NCBI GenBank assembly: GCA_963848005.1
Contig: CAWKCA010000047.1
Coordinates: 757-32,756, forward strand
Direction of reading: 5' to 3'
DNA: 32,000 bases
DNA from: an uncultured Candidatus Rokubacteria bacterium
Lineage (GTDB): Bacteria > Methylomirabilota > Methylomirabilia > Rokubacteriales > CSP1-6
A program made the translations under genes and the position numbers. Under the pieces are notes generated by a model. It did not search any database. It saw only the letters and a list, made by a program, of their open reading frames with translations, and was not told the origin of the DNA. Positions within the stretch are counted from its first letter, which is position 1. Each line of letters starts with the position of its first letter. This document shows, in pieces, positions 1-10,914 of this stretch.

Positions 1-240
1 GTACCTCGGCGGGCTGCACGTCATGATCTGGCCCAGGGCCTCTGGGCGGCCATGGGGTGCTACTTGGCGCTCGATCGCCACGCGGAGGCAGTCGCTCTCT
101 ATGAGCGCTGTTGCCGCGTCCTCGCTGCGCCGCTCGGCGTGCGCGCGGCCACCCGCGACGCAGGCCGCGGTGGCCCCGCTCCAGCGGCGCCTCGTCGCTT
201 CGCACGCGGGTGCCGCTGCGCCGCGCCTGGGGCCTTCTAG
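1..240 (+). pseudogene. C-terminal fragment resembling a bacterial transcriptional activator domain (BTAD/TPR) protein, frameshifted
   Basis: MGCYLALDRHAEAVALYERCCRVLAAPLGV resembles the BTAD pattern 'LALGRHAEALALYERCRRLLAAELGV'; the continuation (QAAVAPLQRRLVA) is in another frame. Confidence 0.4.
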
Positions 241-292
241 ACCGGCGCGTCGAGAAGGCTCCCGCTGGAACCGGTCGCGCGCCAGCGTGAAC

Positions 293-762
293 CTAGCGCG
301 CGCCCGCCTTCCGCTGCTTCTCGTCCTCGGCGGCCCGCCGGAGAATCTCCTCTTCGGAGAGATCCTCGACGCGCGTCGAAAAGTCCACCGGTAGCCGAAG
401 GGGTCGGTGATCTCGCCGTTGCGGTGGCCGTAGAAACGGTTCTCGACGGGCCGGGTGATTGTGCCGCCTGCGGCGACCGCCCGGCCGACCATGGCGTCCA
501 CGTCGGGGACGCTGACCATGAACGACACGGGAGAGCCCCCGAGGGTCGGGGGACCACGACGCCGATCTCGGGATGCTCGTCGGCGAGCATGATCGTGGAG
601 CCGCCGATCTGGATCTCGGCGTGGCCGACGCGCCCTGTCGAGTCGGTGATCCGCGCGAACGTTCCTCGGCGCCAAAGGCCTGTTGTAGAAGTCGATGGCC
701 TGGGCCGCGCCCTTGATGCAGAGATACGGGATGACTCGGGGCGAGATCGCCTGCTCGCTCAT
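293..762 (-). pseudogene. VOC/glyoxalase family protein, PhnB-like, frameshifted
   Basis: Minus-strand pieces in successive frames: MSEQAISPRVIPYLCIKGAAQAIDFYN / HAEIQIGGSTIMLADEHPEIGVV / SVPDVDAMVGRAVAAGGTITRPVENRFYGHRNGEITDPFGYRWTF / STRVEDLSEEEILRR. Typical PhnB-like architecture needing several frame changes. Confidence 0.7.
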
Positions 763-905
763 CGCTGGTCTCCTCCTGCCTGCGCGCGCACGCGACGCGA
801 TTGCACGTGGCGCCTCACGGCGGTCAATTTTGCGCCCCACCACCGGCCCCTCATGAGGATGAAGTCGTGGCCGGTGAGCCCGTGCCGCGCCGCGTGGCGG
901 GCGGG

Positions 906-1074
<169 letters not shown>

Positions 1075-1121
1075 GTTGAGGATCTCGCGATCTCCTCGTC
1101 GGCCGCCTACTCCGGCGTTGC

Positions 1122-1611
1122 TTACGGTGTGGTCACGTGGCCGGAGACGGAGATTGCACAAGTCGTCGTCCCGGTGTTGGCCGTCGGGAACACTGCCACC
1201 TTCACACCCGCCAAAGGATTGGCGTAGATACGCGCGAGCTGCGTGATGACTGCGAAGCTTGTCCCGGCCGCCCCTGGAAAGACCGTTGGTGTGAAGAAGT
1301 GGTCGACCGATCCCGAGATCCTCAAGGTCTGGAACGGGGACATTCTGGCTCGTCGTGCAAAACCCCGACACGAACTCGATGACCAGGCGCTTGTTCGAGG
1401 GAACCGTGGAGAGGGTGACGTCAACAGCGTTTGTGACGGAGACCGAGTTCTGGAAGGGTTCCCACCCCGGTGGCGGTTCCACGTTGCGCACGAGCGCCGG
1501 ACTTTGGGCAGTGTTCACCACGGTGACTCCCTCCGGCGCGCTGGCGCAGGCGGCCGTGGAGGCCGTGAGGGCGACGGCCGCGACGAGGGAGAGCCTCTTC
1601 CGATGCGCCAT
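1122..1611 (-). pseudogene. Small secreted protein, frameshifted
   Basis: Minus strand MAHRKRLSLVAAVALTASTAACASAPEGVTVVNTAQSPALVRNVEPPPGWEPFQNSVSVTNAVDVTLSTVPSNKRLVIEFVSGFCTT with signal/lipobox-like N-terminus, continuing in a second frame as FFTPTVFPGAAGTSFAVITQLARIYANPLAGVKVAVFPTANTGTTTCAISVSGHVTTP. Confidence 0.55.
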
Positions 1612-2400
1612 CTGCCACCTCCATGTGAGGGCGAGCAATTTGTCGATCATATGGTAGCCGAGGGTCAGGCATAGGCGCACGGGAAGGTTCCCTCACACGA
1701 TCCCCAGCGCTGCGTGAGGCCCTACCGTCCACCATCAGTTCCCCAACCGCCGCGCCGTCCACGCAGGAGCGTCCGGCTTGGGTCATCCTCGGGCAAGGTG
1801 CCGCGGGGGCGGGTCATGTCACTCTCCGGCAACGCGAACGTGATTTGACGAGCCGCCGGCAGACGCGCACCATCGCGAGCGTCTGGTCGGCACTGAACGC
1901 CGCCGCCAGTTGACATATGAGGGAGGCGATGAGCCTCTCGCCGGCGCCGGGGGGGTGGTTGGCTCGCCCGCCGACTGCTCCTCCGCTCCGGTCGCGAGGG
2001 CTGCGCGCTACGGGAAGTGAGAGACCTGAGATGCCACTGCTCTGGCGAGTCGCAGTCCTCACCGCCCTCTGGGTAGTCGCCATCCTTGCGGTGCTGATCG
2101 TCATCGTGAAATTCGCGCGGTAGCACCGCGTCATCGCCCTGCCAGCATCAGCTCGACCTCGGCGGCGCCTGAGCAGTTCCCCGACGAGGATGAGGGCGGT
2201 GTAGGTCTTCCCCACGCCGCGCTTCGCCAGGATGGCGAAGGTTTAAGTCACGGCCTCGGGGGGTAGAGAGAGGCTTGCCGCGAGATCACGTTTCACGTTG
2301 AAAGCCCCTATCGGTGGCAGTACATTTCGGGCGCTGATGCCAGCCTCGCCTCCGTGCCCTCGTTGCGTACCACCCCGACGGAAGATTCGAAAGCGGCGAC

Positions 2401-2600
2401 CTACTCGTCGAACTGGCACCGCTGTACGTCTGACATGTACACGCCGCCCAGATCCTCGCAGGCCTTCTGGCCCGAGACCGTTGTGGCGGCGGCGAACCGA
2501 CATTGTTTCGTCTCGTGGCTGTACTGCCCGCCGTGGGCCGAGCGCGGCTCGTTGGAGTCCCTCGCGATCACCGTCTTCGCATCCCGCCAGGGCAAGCACG
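2401..2600 (-). pseudogene. C-terminal fragment of small Cys-containing hypothetical protein
   Basis: Minus strand ...AHGGQYSHETKQCRFAAATTVSGQKACEDLGGVYMSDVQRCQFDE* looks coding-like; upstream part disrupted. Confidence 0.25.
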
Positions 2601-2919
2601 AGGGGGGTGACCGAGAGCCGTCGTCAAGAGCATGTTCCCGAATCGCCGATTCATTACGCGCGGTCTCCCTTTCTGGCTGGCCGCCTTCCTGATTCCGACT
2701 GGCCAACCTCGAGGAAGTTGTACTGCCGCCACTCCTGGCGCCTGAAGACAGGGTACTGCTCATCGGCGAGGTCGACGTGCTTCTCGATCCGCGTCTTCAT
2801 CAGTTCACCAGCCGCCGCGCCGTCCACGGCGTCGGGACCGTCAGGGCACTAGCAGGAGTCAGAGGTCAGGCGATCGCGCGTTGCCGGCGCGCTTTGTGCT
2901 CCAGGATTCTTCTTCGTGC

Positions 2920-3331
2920 CTTCCGGGCCCCGCGCTTGGCGGCCACTTCCACTTCCAGGAGAAGATACTCACATCATAGGTGGCGGCCCCGGCAGGTACG
3001 GTCACGTCGAGTACACGCGATCTCCGGGCGCGATCTCGTTGGGACCCCAGGCGATGGCCTGGCCCGTCTGCGTACCTGAGGAATCGTAGCCGTTTACGAG
3101 CACGCGCACCTCTCGGGCGGCGAACCCCCAGGTATTGGTAATGTAGCCCTCGATGAGGGCGTCGCCATCCTGAAGAGTCACGCCCCACAGAATCTCGAAG
3201 TATTGTTGCCAGCCGATGATGAGGGGCTGTACATTCCCGGGCTGCCAGGTGGTCGGCGTCGTGACGGTGACGCAGCCGACCAAGGTTGCCCACAGCACCG
3301 CAGTACACGTCCTCTGCCACCATTCGTGCAT
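2920..3331 (-). pseudogene. Putative lipoprotein with FxLYD-like beta-sandwich domain, frameshifted near the C-terminus
   Basis: MHEWWQRTCTAVLWATLVGCVTVTTPTTW... lipobox LVGC, then YFEILWGVTLQDGDALIEGYITNTWGFAAREVRVLVNGYDSSG...; continues in another frame as VPAGAATYDVSIFSWKWK. Confidence 0.5.
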
Positions 3332-4091
3332 ACCTAGCTGGAAAGCCTCCTCCTCGATCCGCGTGACCCTTAGGGCCGGGGCCGGTCGGCAGACTGGCGC
3401 GCGAGACACGCTCGTGGTGCGCAGTGATCCATCACCGCCGCCGCATCTCTGCCCCGAGGATCTCCGTCACCACCAACTTGGCCGCTAGGATGGTAGCGCA
3501 CTCGGCCAGCGACGGCCCAGCGTCCGCAATCTGACGGCCGGCCTGACCCTTTTCCCTCGGGGTTCTCGTACCAAACGATAACCGCGCGCTCATGACCTCT
3601 CCATCGCATTCCAGCTCGCCTGGTCCCGACATGAGGATCGTCAACGGCCCTCTCGGTAGGAGCCCTGTTGGCGAGCGCCGACCGATGGAACGGCGGCGCA
3701 ATGGCTGTGCACCCAGTCACCCCCTAAGGGGGTTCCCATGCGTGCCCGAATTGGTTTCTGTGTTCGATCGCCCTGGCCGCGTGCTCCTCCCCCTTGGCCT
3801 CGCTACCCCAGCCCATTCGGTCACCACGCTCCGTCTGAAGCGCTCGGGAAACTCGAACGGACAGACCTCTCCGCGCTCGGCCTTTCCGCAGAGCCTTTCG
3901 CCGCCTCGAAGACAGTCTCTGACGGCACGGTGAGGTGGGCCGTTGCCAACGCTCGCGGGCGCGTCTATCTTCGCCAGGCATGGGGGATCCCGTCGCCGTC
4001 TGACACCGACAGTCCGGGCCGTCAGCCGACGGCCAGGCCCAGCTCAATCACCTGGCTCGGAGCGGGAGATGAGCACACGAACACTCATGTC

Positions 4092-5821
4092 GTGACCGCC
4101 TTCATCCTCGTGATCTCCACGCTCCTGCCGCCGGCCGCCCCCGCCGCGGATCCCCCGCTCGCCAGACCACGCGCGCTGGGTTTCTCAGGCGGCTTCATCG
4201 AGGTGATCCACGGCGGGGTACGGCCGATGCCGCGGGCACCACCGCGCTGGTCTTCTCCGGCTCCACCACCCTCGGCTCCACTCCGATCTTTACTGCCAGC
4301 CGGCCCCCGCAGCGCCGCATCCTGCTCGCCAACGTGCCGCTCGCCGTGAAGGTCCTGTCGATCGCCTACATGAACGGCTCGACGCTGATCGGGTTGTTCG
4401 AGGGCATCGTAGACGTCCAATCCTTCACGGTCCTGCGCAACCCGCCGTGGGTCACCCAGCCGCCCTGCACCGCGGCATCACCCGACGAGGAGGGGCTGTT
4501 CGGGGCCGACCTCGACGCCTTCGGCAAGTTCCCGAACCCGTTGGCGCTCTCGCCCCGCGCGCTCGCTCGTCCCGTGCCCGCCCCGCTTCCGGACAAGGTC
4601 ACGCTCGGCGCGCTGCCACCCGTCGGCATGCAGGGCACGCTCAGCAAGCTCGGCTCGCCGGGGAGCTGCATCTCATGGTCCTTCGGTTACGGCCTCGGTT
4701 CCTACACCGCCTCCCGCCGCCCCGACGGCACGATCAAGTGGAACCTCCAGGATCCCCGCAACCAGATCAGCTCGACATTCCTGTACGCGTTGATCCACTC
4801 CGCGGAGGGCAAGCTGTGCCCCACCGGCTCGGGCGAGGGCTATCTCCCCCAGCTCGTCGCGGGCGGCGCGCCCAGCATGAAGCAGGTCCCGTACGCGCCG
4901 GATTGCTGCTACATCAACGCCATCAACGTCGCCCAGCAATTCCCGCGTGAAGACCGGTTCCGTATCGGCAGCTTCGCGGCGATCCTGCTGCCCGGCCCCA
5001 ACGCCGATTTCGCCGCCACCCTTCAGCTGATCAAGGAGTATCTCGCCGCCGGCTACCCCGTGGCCTTCGCGGGCCGCGTCTTCCACAACTTCGCCACCGA
5101 GCTGCCGCTCGCGGGAGGCGTGTACTACGCTCCGTTCGGCTGGTGCGAGCCCGAGGCGGGCAAACCGTGCGGGCACGGCATGATGCTCGTGGGGTATGAC
5201 GACACGCTGGGGGATCCGAGCCGCGGACTCGGCGCGTTCCTGGTCCAGAACAGCTTCGGGACGAATTGGCCGCCGGCCGGTGCCGCTCCCGCCCCGCCCG
5301 GGATGTTCTACCTGTCGTACGAGGTCTTCTTCGCTTCACAGGGCACCGCCCAGGTAGCGTACCCACTCGACCGGAGTTTCCCGGCGGCGCTACCGCTACC
5401 GTCCTTCCCCACGGGCGGGCCGAAAGCGTACATCACCTTCGCCTACCAGTGGGTGGACGGCGACGTGTCCGGCAGCCCGCTGCCGGCGTACCTGATCCTC
5501 CAGCACCGGTTCAGTGAGCCCGTCGAGCTGGTCTCGGTCGCGCTCATGGAGCCGGCGCCCTCCAGTGCCACTGCCACCCAGACCAACGGGTATCCGCTCA
5601 GCAACGGCTACACCTACCTCGCGCGCACCGACGGCAAGAGCTTCCTCCGCGGACGGTACGGCGTCACGATCGTGGCGAAGAACGCGGCCGGCCAGCCATT
5701 CACCTACGCGGGAGCGGTGTGGGTGCTCACCACCAAGGCCGGCAGTCCCAAGCTCCCCGCCGCGACCATGCCGGATCAGGTCACGGGCACCAACGGCATC
5801 ACGATCGACGTTCAGCGCTGA
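4092..5821 (+). CDS. Secreted C1 (papain-like) family cysteine peptidase, one apparent frameshift near 4215
   Basis: Signal peptide-like VVTAFILVISTLLPPAAPAA; Cys motif GSCISWSFGYG, His motif CGHGMMLVGYDD, Asn motif FLVQNSFGTNW followed by FYLSYEVF. The open 4334..5821 frame carries the catalytic motifs. Confidence 0.85.
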
Positions 5822-6025
5822 GCGTTCGGAGGGCGCTTCCGCCCCTTGCGTTTGTGCGATATCTCGACGTCGATAGGATGCGTCCCGCCCGGAGGGACCG
5901 CCGTCGGGGCGTGGGTGCAGGGAGGGCTGGTCGCGGGCGTCTTTGGTCTCGCCAGCCTGGTCGAGGTCGTGGTTGGGCGAAGCCTTCGCCGAGCGCGCCT
6001 GCGGCTGCGGCTCCTCGGTCTACTG

Positions 6026-6359
6026 ACGTGCAGCCATGGCAAGCCCACTGCAGAGGGAAGATGGCCTTCTCGTCGGGCATGAACTGGCTCGGTACGAACC
6101 GGTCCTTCAGGAGGCCGGAGAGCTTGGCGTGCATCTCCTTCTCGTCCTCCCACTCCGGCTTGAAGTGCGTCAGTGCGTTCCGGAGGCTCAGCAGGGCATC
6201 GATATCCTGCGTGGGGCGCACGCCGCGGTCCAAGGCGGGGCGATTCCTGAGCAGGAGCGGCCAAGTCGAGCTGTCTCCAAGTCGGCTTCGCTTCGAAAGT
6301 TCACCTGGCCGGTCCGCGACCTCGGGTCGAAGGTCGGGGAAGTTGACCTGCCGGTCCAT
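6026..6359 (-). pseudogene. Hypothetical protein fragment, possibly HEPN/Abi-like
   Basis: DIDALLSLRNALTHFKPEWEDEKEMHAKLSGLLKDRFVPSQFMPDEKAIFPLQWACHGCT; RNALTHFKPEW recalls RN-containing HEPN-like helices. Family assignment is tentative and the C-terminus degrades. Confidence 0.35.
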
Positions 6360-6467
6360 GTAAACGCATATAAGCGCGCTTCGTCGGGCGCGACGCCGAG
6401 GTCGCGGATTTCGCGGCGCGCATCGGATCTTCCCCCAGAGTTGAAGGGAGCGTCGAGTGACGCGCTC

Positions 6468-6620
6468 TCAGATACCGGCTTCGACCCCCTCGGCCAGCTC
6501 GCGCAGGGCCTGGCTGCGGGCCCGGTGAGCGATCTCGTGTCCCACCGCGATGACGAGGGCCAGCGGCCAGTCGATGATCTCGAGGGCGGCCATGAGCGCG
6601 AGCCCCGCGTACCAGGCGAG
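6468..6620 (-). CDS. Small hydrophobic hypothetical protein
   Basis: LAWYAGLALMAALEIIDWPLALVIAVGHEIAHRARSQALRELAEGVEAGI* has an amphipathic/TM plus basic tail pattern; N-terminus uncertain. Confidence 0.35.
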   Translation of the reverse strand, partial: LAWYAGLALMAALEIIDWPLALVIAVGHEIAHRARSQALRELAEGVEAGI

Positions 6621-7207
6621 GCGCTGATCGGCCTGGGGGCCGCGGGACGCTGAGGTGGACCTCGATGCCGCGCGCGTTCTGGGCGTCAGCCTTCGCGCCC
6701 GGCCGACACTGGCCACCTTACTCCTGGCTGCCGTGCTCATGATGCGGAAGTGGGCATGAGAGTCGCATCGTAGCATTGGATCGCAGATCACCGCCACCAT
6801 CGACGACAACGGCAAGGGCCTAGTCCTGGTGGCGACGCTGTGCCGGTCAGACCCGGCGACGGCGGCGTCGTCAGCCTGCCGACGCCCGCGGCCGTCCTCG
6901 AAAGTAGCAGCAAGGAAAGGAGGTCTCGCTCCGCGGCCCTGTCCTGCCGTGATGACCCTCGCCTTGGTGTTGTTCGTTTCCGTCAGCTCGGCCACGACGT
7001 TGGCGGCGTCGCATTCGGCGATGAGTAGTAGGCCGCGCCAGCGTCGCCAGGCGCCCCCAGGGCGCGACTTCTCAGCCGGGAGCAAGAAGAGTCGACCGCC
7101 GGCGAGCGCCATAGGGCGAGCGCGGTACCGTAGCGCGCGCCGCGAGCCGGGCTAGGTTCAAGGCGAGCGGTCGATGTCCTGTGAGCCCCGCCGGCGGCAA
7201 GTCTGCG

Positions 7208-7735
7208 TCACTTCACGCGGATGGCAACCGCGCCGATGAAGATGATACCTTGGCCCCCACCGGGCGGGTCAAAGGGGTTGAAGTTCAGCCGAAGCGCAAG
7301 GTTCACGGCGCCCGCCGGCGCATAATTCGCCACCGGAGAGACGTAGCAGGTATCCTCCAAGCTCGTCAGATCGGTGGGATCCAAGTGCTTGATCGTGCTG
7401 CTCGCCGGGAAGAGTACTTCCGTGAGACCGATCTCAGTAATGAACGGCGGTCGATCACCAGAGACAAAGGCAAAGGTGCGGTAGCAGATCGCGACTGCAT
7501 CGATGACATCGCCTTCGACGACAGGAATGCTCTGATGGAGGTAGAGCTGTTCGCTGTTCGTGCCGGACATGATCTGCAACGAGGATAACGTCTTTATCAG
7601 GTCGAGGTCGCCGGTCAGATCAACGAACCCGGTGGTGGGGACCACTCGCCAGCCGGCCACCCCTGCACTGGGCACAAGGACGAGCATCTGCACTGCGAGT
7701 AACGAGGCCAGCCCCCAGCGCAACAGTTTATTCAT
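7208..7735 (-). CDS. Secreted hypothetical protein
   Basis: Intact 175 aa ORF with signal peptide MNKLLRWGLASLLAVQMLVLVPSAGVAG and a purine-rich RBS (GGAGGAG) upstream of ATG. Confidence 0.8.
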   Translation of the reverse strand: MNKLLRWGLASLLAVQMLVLVPSAGVAGWRVVPTTGFVDLTGDLDLIKTLSSLQIMSGTNSEQLYLHQSIPVVEGDVIDAVAICYRTFAFVSGDRPPFITEIGLTEVLFPASSTIKHLDPTDLTSLEDTCYVSPVANYAPAGAVNLALRLNFNPFDPPGGGQGIIFIGAVAIRVK

Positions 7736-7869
7736 GGCTTCTCCTCCTGTGTGGTGCGGTTCCGACAGTCGGCGGATAGATGACGCCTCTTCCCGCCTTC
7801 ACCTAAGGCCGTCGCCGGCCGCCGGCGACCAGAATCCCTCTCCATACGCGCATTACTTCCTCCTGGGAC

Positions 7870-8075
7870 TGGGGGTAGGGCAGGGATGGCGCAGGCTCCG
7901 CTCCGACTTCCCCCGCCCCTGGCCGACCCGCTTCGGCGCGTCGGCGGACACGGTCGACGTCGTGGTGTGCCGGGTGGACGTGGGGTCGGCCGAGGTCCGC
8001 GCGCTGGCCCGGCTCCTGACCGCGGGCGAACGGGCGCGGGCACGCCGGCTCCGGTCGCCAACCACCCCCTCCGCG
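7870..8075 (+). pseudogene. Possible N-terminal remnant of a Sfp-type 4'-phosphopantetheinyl transferase
   Basis: DTVDVVVCRVDVGSAEVRALARLLTAGERARARRLRSP resembles the PPTase N-terminal pattern 'VHVWxVDLD...LLSPDERARAxRF'; catalytic downstream motifs are absent. Confidence 0.35.
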
Positions 8076-8299
8076 CAAACGCCCAAGCTGCTCCAACCCG
8101 ACTGGCGGGATTCTACTCGATCAGCCCATCCGGGCGGGTTGCCGCTTGGGTTGCCATTCGCGGGGGTATTCCAGGATCTAGGACAACGCGCGGGAAGCCC
8201 AGCACAATCGTTGATAGACTGACACAATCCCTCAGGAGTAGGCGGGCCGATAGGAGGAGATCCGACACCGGAACCTGGGAGCACCGGCCAAGGAGAGCC

Positions 8300-9031
8300 A
8301 TGCCGACCACGAACGCCGAGTCCGGAACGAACGTCGAGGAGATCGCCGACGGGATCTACCGCATCAATACTCCACTGTCCGAGCAGGTGGTGCCCGGTGG
8401 ATTCTCCTTCAATCAGTATCTGATCCTGGACGAGGAGCCCCTGCTCTTCCACACGGGGCCGCGGAAGCTCTTCCCGCTGGTGCGCGAAGCGGTCGCGGCC
8501 GTGATCCCGGTGGGTCGTCTCCGCTACGTCGGACTGTCCCACGTGGAGGCCGACGAGTGCGGCTCGATCAATGAATGGCTAGCGGCGGCGCCTCGCGCGG
8601 AGCCCCTCTGCGGCCAGGTGGCGGCGATGGTGTCAATGGGCGATCTGGCCGACCGGCCGCCGCGCGCCGTGGCCGACGGCGAGACGATCTCTTTGGGCAC
8701 GCACCGGGTCCGCTGGTTCGACACCCCCCATCTGCCTCACGCGTGGGAGTGCGGCTTCCTGCTCGAGGAGTCCACGCGCACGCTGCTGTGCGGCGATCTC
8801 TTCACGCAGCCTGGGTCCGGACGTCAGCCGCTGACGGAGACAGACATTCTCGGACCAAGTGAAGACTTTCGGCAGCAGATGGACTACTTCTCCCACTCGA
8901 AGAACGCACCGGCCCTCATCGAACGGTTGGCGGCCACCCATCCCCGCACGCTCGGCTGCATGCACGGCAGCGCGTGGCGGGGCGACGGCGCAGCGCTGCT
9001 GCGTGCGCTCGCGGTGTCGATCGTGCGGTAA
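8300..9031 (+). CDS. MBL-fold metallo-hydrolase, oxygen-binding/ODP-type
   Basis: VEEIADGIYRINTPL...SFNQYLILDEEPLLFHTGPRKLFPLVREAV...GLSHVEADECGSINEWL...HAWECGFLLEESTRTLLCGDLFTQPG; ATG after AGGAGAG. Confidence 0.85.
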   Translation: MPTTNAESGTNVEEIADGIYRINTPLSEQVVPGGFSFNQYLILDEEPLLFHTGPRKLFPLVREAVAAVIPVGRLRYVGLSHVEADECGSINEWLAAAPRAEPLCGQVAAMVSMGDLADRPPRAVADGETISLGTHRVRWFDTPHLPHAWECGFLLEESTRTLLCGDLFTQPGSGRQPLTETDILGPSEDFRQQMDYFSHSKNAPALIERLAATHPRTLGCMHGSAWRGDGAALLRALAVSIVR

Positions 9032-9037
9032 GCCCCC

Positions 9038-9068
9038 CCTTATCTCAACCGGACACCTGGGATAAGGA
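9038..9068. terminator. Weak inverted repeat downstream of the MBL gene
   Basis: CCTTATC ... GATAAGG flanking ~16 nt just after the stop codon; no clear U tract. Confidence 0.25.
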
Positions 9069-9581
9069 ACGCATCGCCGGCTCTCAACCACGCTGCCCCG
9101 TGGCCGTCCCGAGGGACATGGCGGCGAGCAGCGCGTCCCAGTAATGAGTTCATAGCTCTGCAGGAGGCGGGCGGCGTCGCGGATCGCCGCCGGCTCGACC
9201 CCGCGATCGAGTCGGCCTGGGTGACCTGTCGATGGACTTCGGAAAAGGCGGGAATCTGATTTGCGTCGAAGACCTGGCCTGCCGCTTGCCGGGTGTACAG
9301 CCCCGGGCGACTGCGGGCCGGCCCTCGCGGAGCTGCCAAGACCGCGGTCCAGAACGCCTGAAGGGGCGGCCACGGCGTGGAGTCTACACCAGCGGCGTGG
9401 CCGGGCTCTTGGGCCCCGGCCGTCCTCGGGTTTAAATTTGCACTCGATTTTGTTCAGAATTCTGCGCTTTTCGAGGTTCAGCAACACGCCCAGGCCGGAC
9501 GGAGCCGGATGCGATTCGTGGCCCCCTGCACCCTGGACGAGGTGTCGATTGGCGTGGGGACGGGTGTGCCGCATCAACTGG

Positions 9582-9657
9582 TGACCCCGGCGGGATTCGA
9601 ACCCGCGGTCTCAACCTTGAAAGGGTTGCGTCCTGGGCCAGGCTAGACGACGGGGTC
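9582..9657 (-). tRNA. tRNA-Glu (anticodon TTC), CCA encoded at 9579-9581
   Basis: Minus strand GACCCCG TC GTCT AGCCTGGCCCA GGAC G CAACC CTTTCAA GGTTG AGACC GCGGG TTCGAAT CCCGC CGGGGTC A (+CCA). All four stems pair (one U-G in the D stem); anticodon TTC at 34-36. Confidence 0.96.
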
Positions 9658-9704
9658 AGCCAGCCAAGTATAACCGACTCGACCGTCCACGCTCCGCCCA
9701 GCGT

Positions 9705-10528
9705 TCATCTCGATCGCTCTTCGGGCTCGCGCCGGGCGCTGATGGAGAAGAGGCGGATCGCGCCCGACAGTGCGCCCGGCACATGGCGCTGGAGGAAGAT
9801 CGCGACCTTCCCGTGACGCGTCACGCCGATCTCCGCGCGCCGGCGCCCCACCGCGCGGGCGATCTGACGCGCGGCCCGAGGGGCGGGCATGCGCAGCCAC
9901 GACGGGGCCGGGCTCTTCGCGTCGGCATGGCGCCCTCCGCGGTTGTCGATCTGGTGGATCTCCGACTCCACGAAACCGGGATTGACGAGGGTGACGCTCA
10001 CGCCGTCGCGGACCAGCTCGTGACGGAGGGAGTCGGCGAGGGCGCGGAGGGCGAACTTGCTCATGCTGTAGGGCGAGCTGCCGGCCAGAGCCAGATACGC
10101 GTTCACGCTGCCGATCAGGACGAGCCGGCCGCGGGTCCGCTTGAGATCGTCGAGGCCGGCGTAGATCGTCCGGAGGACGCCGAAGACGTTGGTCTCGAGC
10201 TGGCGCCGGTAGTCCTCGAGCGTCAGGCGGTCGAGGCGTCCGAGCACGCCGAATCCCGCGTTGGCCACGAGGACGTCGATCGGCCCGAGCCTCTTCGCGT
10301 CTGCGCCACCGCCGTCTCGAGGTCGCCCTCGCGCGTGACGTCGCAGGACACGACGAGGGCGCGGCGGCCCCCGGTCTGGATCTCCGCGGCGAGCGCCTCC
10401 AGCCGGTCCGTGCGGCGGGCGGCGAGGGCGACGTCGGCGCCCCGGCGGGCGAACTCGCGCGCGAGGGCGGCGCCGATGCCCGACGATGCGCCAGTGATGA
10501 ACGCGACGTGTCTCTCGAAGCCCGGCAC
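9705..10528 (-). CDS. SDR family NAD(P)-dependent oxidoreductase, one apparent frameshift near 10270
   Basis: HVAFITGASSGIGAALAREFARRGADVALAARR; NAGFGVLG; YSMSKFALRALADSLRHEL; continuous across two overlapping minus ORFs. Confidence 0.9.
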
Positions 10529-10542
10529 GGCCGGACCGCGCG

Positions 10543-10914
10543 CTACGGCGCCTGGGTCCCGGCGCCCGCGCGGTACGCGCTGACGGCGGCTCGATAGCGG
10601 ACGGCCGCGGCCACCGCCGGGACCTTGCAGACGAACGGAGCGTTGCCCTGGCCGGGAATGCGCGCGCTCACGAAGCTGATCCCGCGGGCGACAACCTTGC
10701 CCCGCGCGTCGAGGGCCTCGGCGGTGACGGTGACGTCAAAGACGTCCTGCATGAAGTCGTTGAAGACCGTCCCCGTGATCTGGATCTGCTCCGGATTGCT
10801 CCGGTCGAGGTTGTAGGTGACCCGGAAGGACTCCTGCGCCGCGACGGCGAGGGCCGCGGCGATGGCGGCGAGCACCGCGACGATCGTTGTCAGCCGAGCT
10901 CCCGCACCTCTCAT
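10543..10914 (-). CDS. Exported FxLYD-domain-like hypothetical protein
   Basis: Signal peptide-like N-terminus, then ESFRVTYNLDRSNPEQIQITGTVFNDFMQDVFDVTVTAEALDARGKVVARGISFVSARIPGQGNAPFVCKVP. Confidence 0.75.
   Translation of the reverse strand: MRGAGARLTTIVAVLAAIAAALAVAAQESFRVTYNLDRSNPEQIQITGTVFNDFMQDVFDVTVTAEALDARGKVVARGISFVSARIPGQGNAPFVCKVPAVAAAVRYRAAVSAYRAGAGTQAP

Noticed and set aside
1814-2215. Apparent ATPase/helicase fragment (MGKTYTALILVGELLRRRRG)
   Set aside because: Only one short Walker A-like string (GKT) with no supporting Walker B or helicase motifs; too weak to call.
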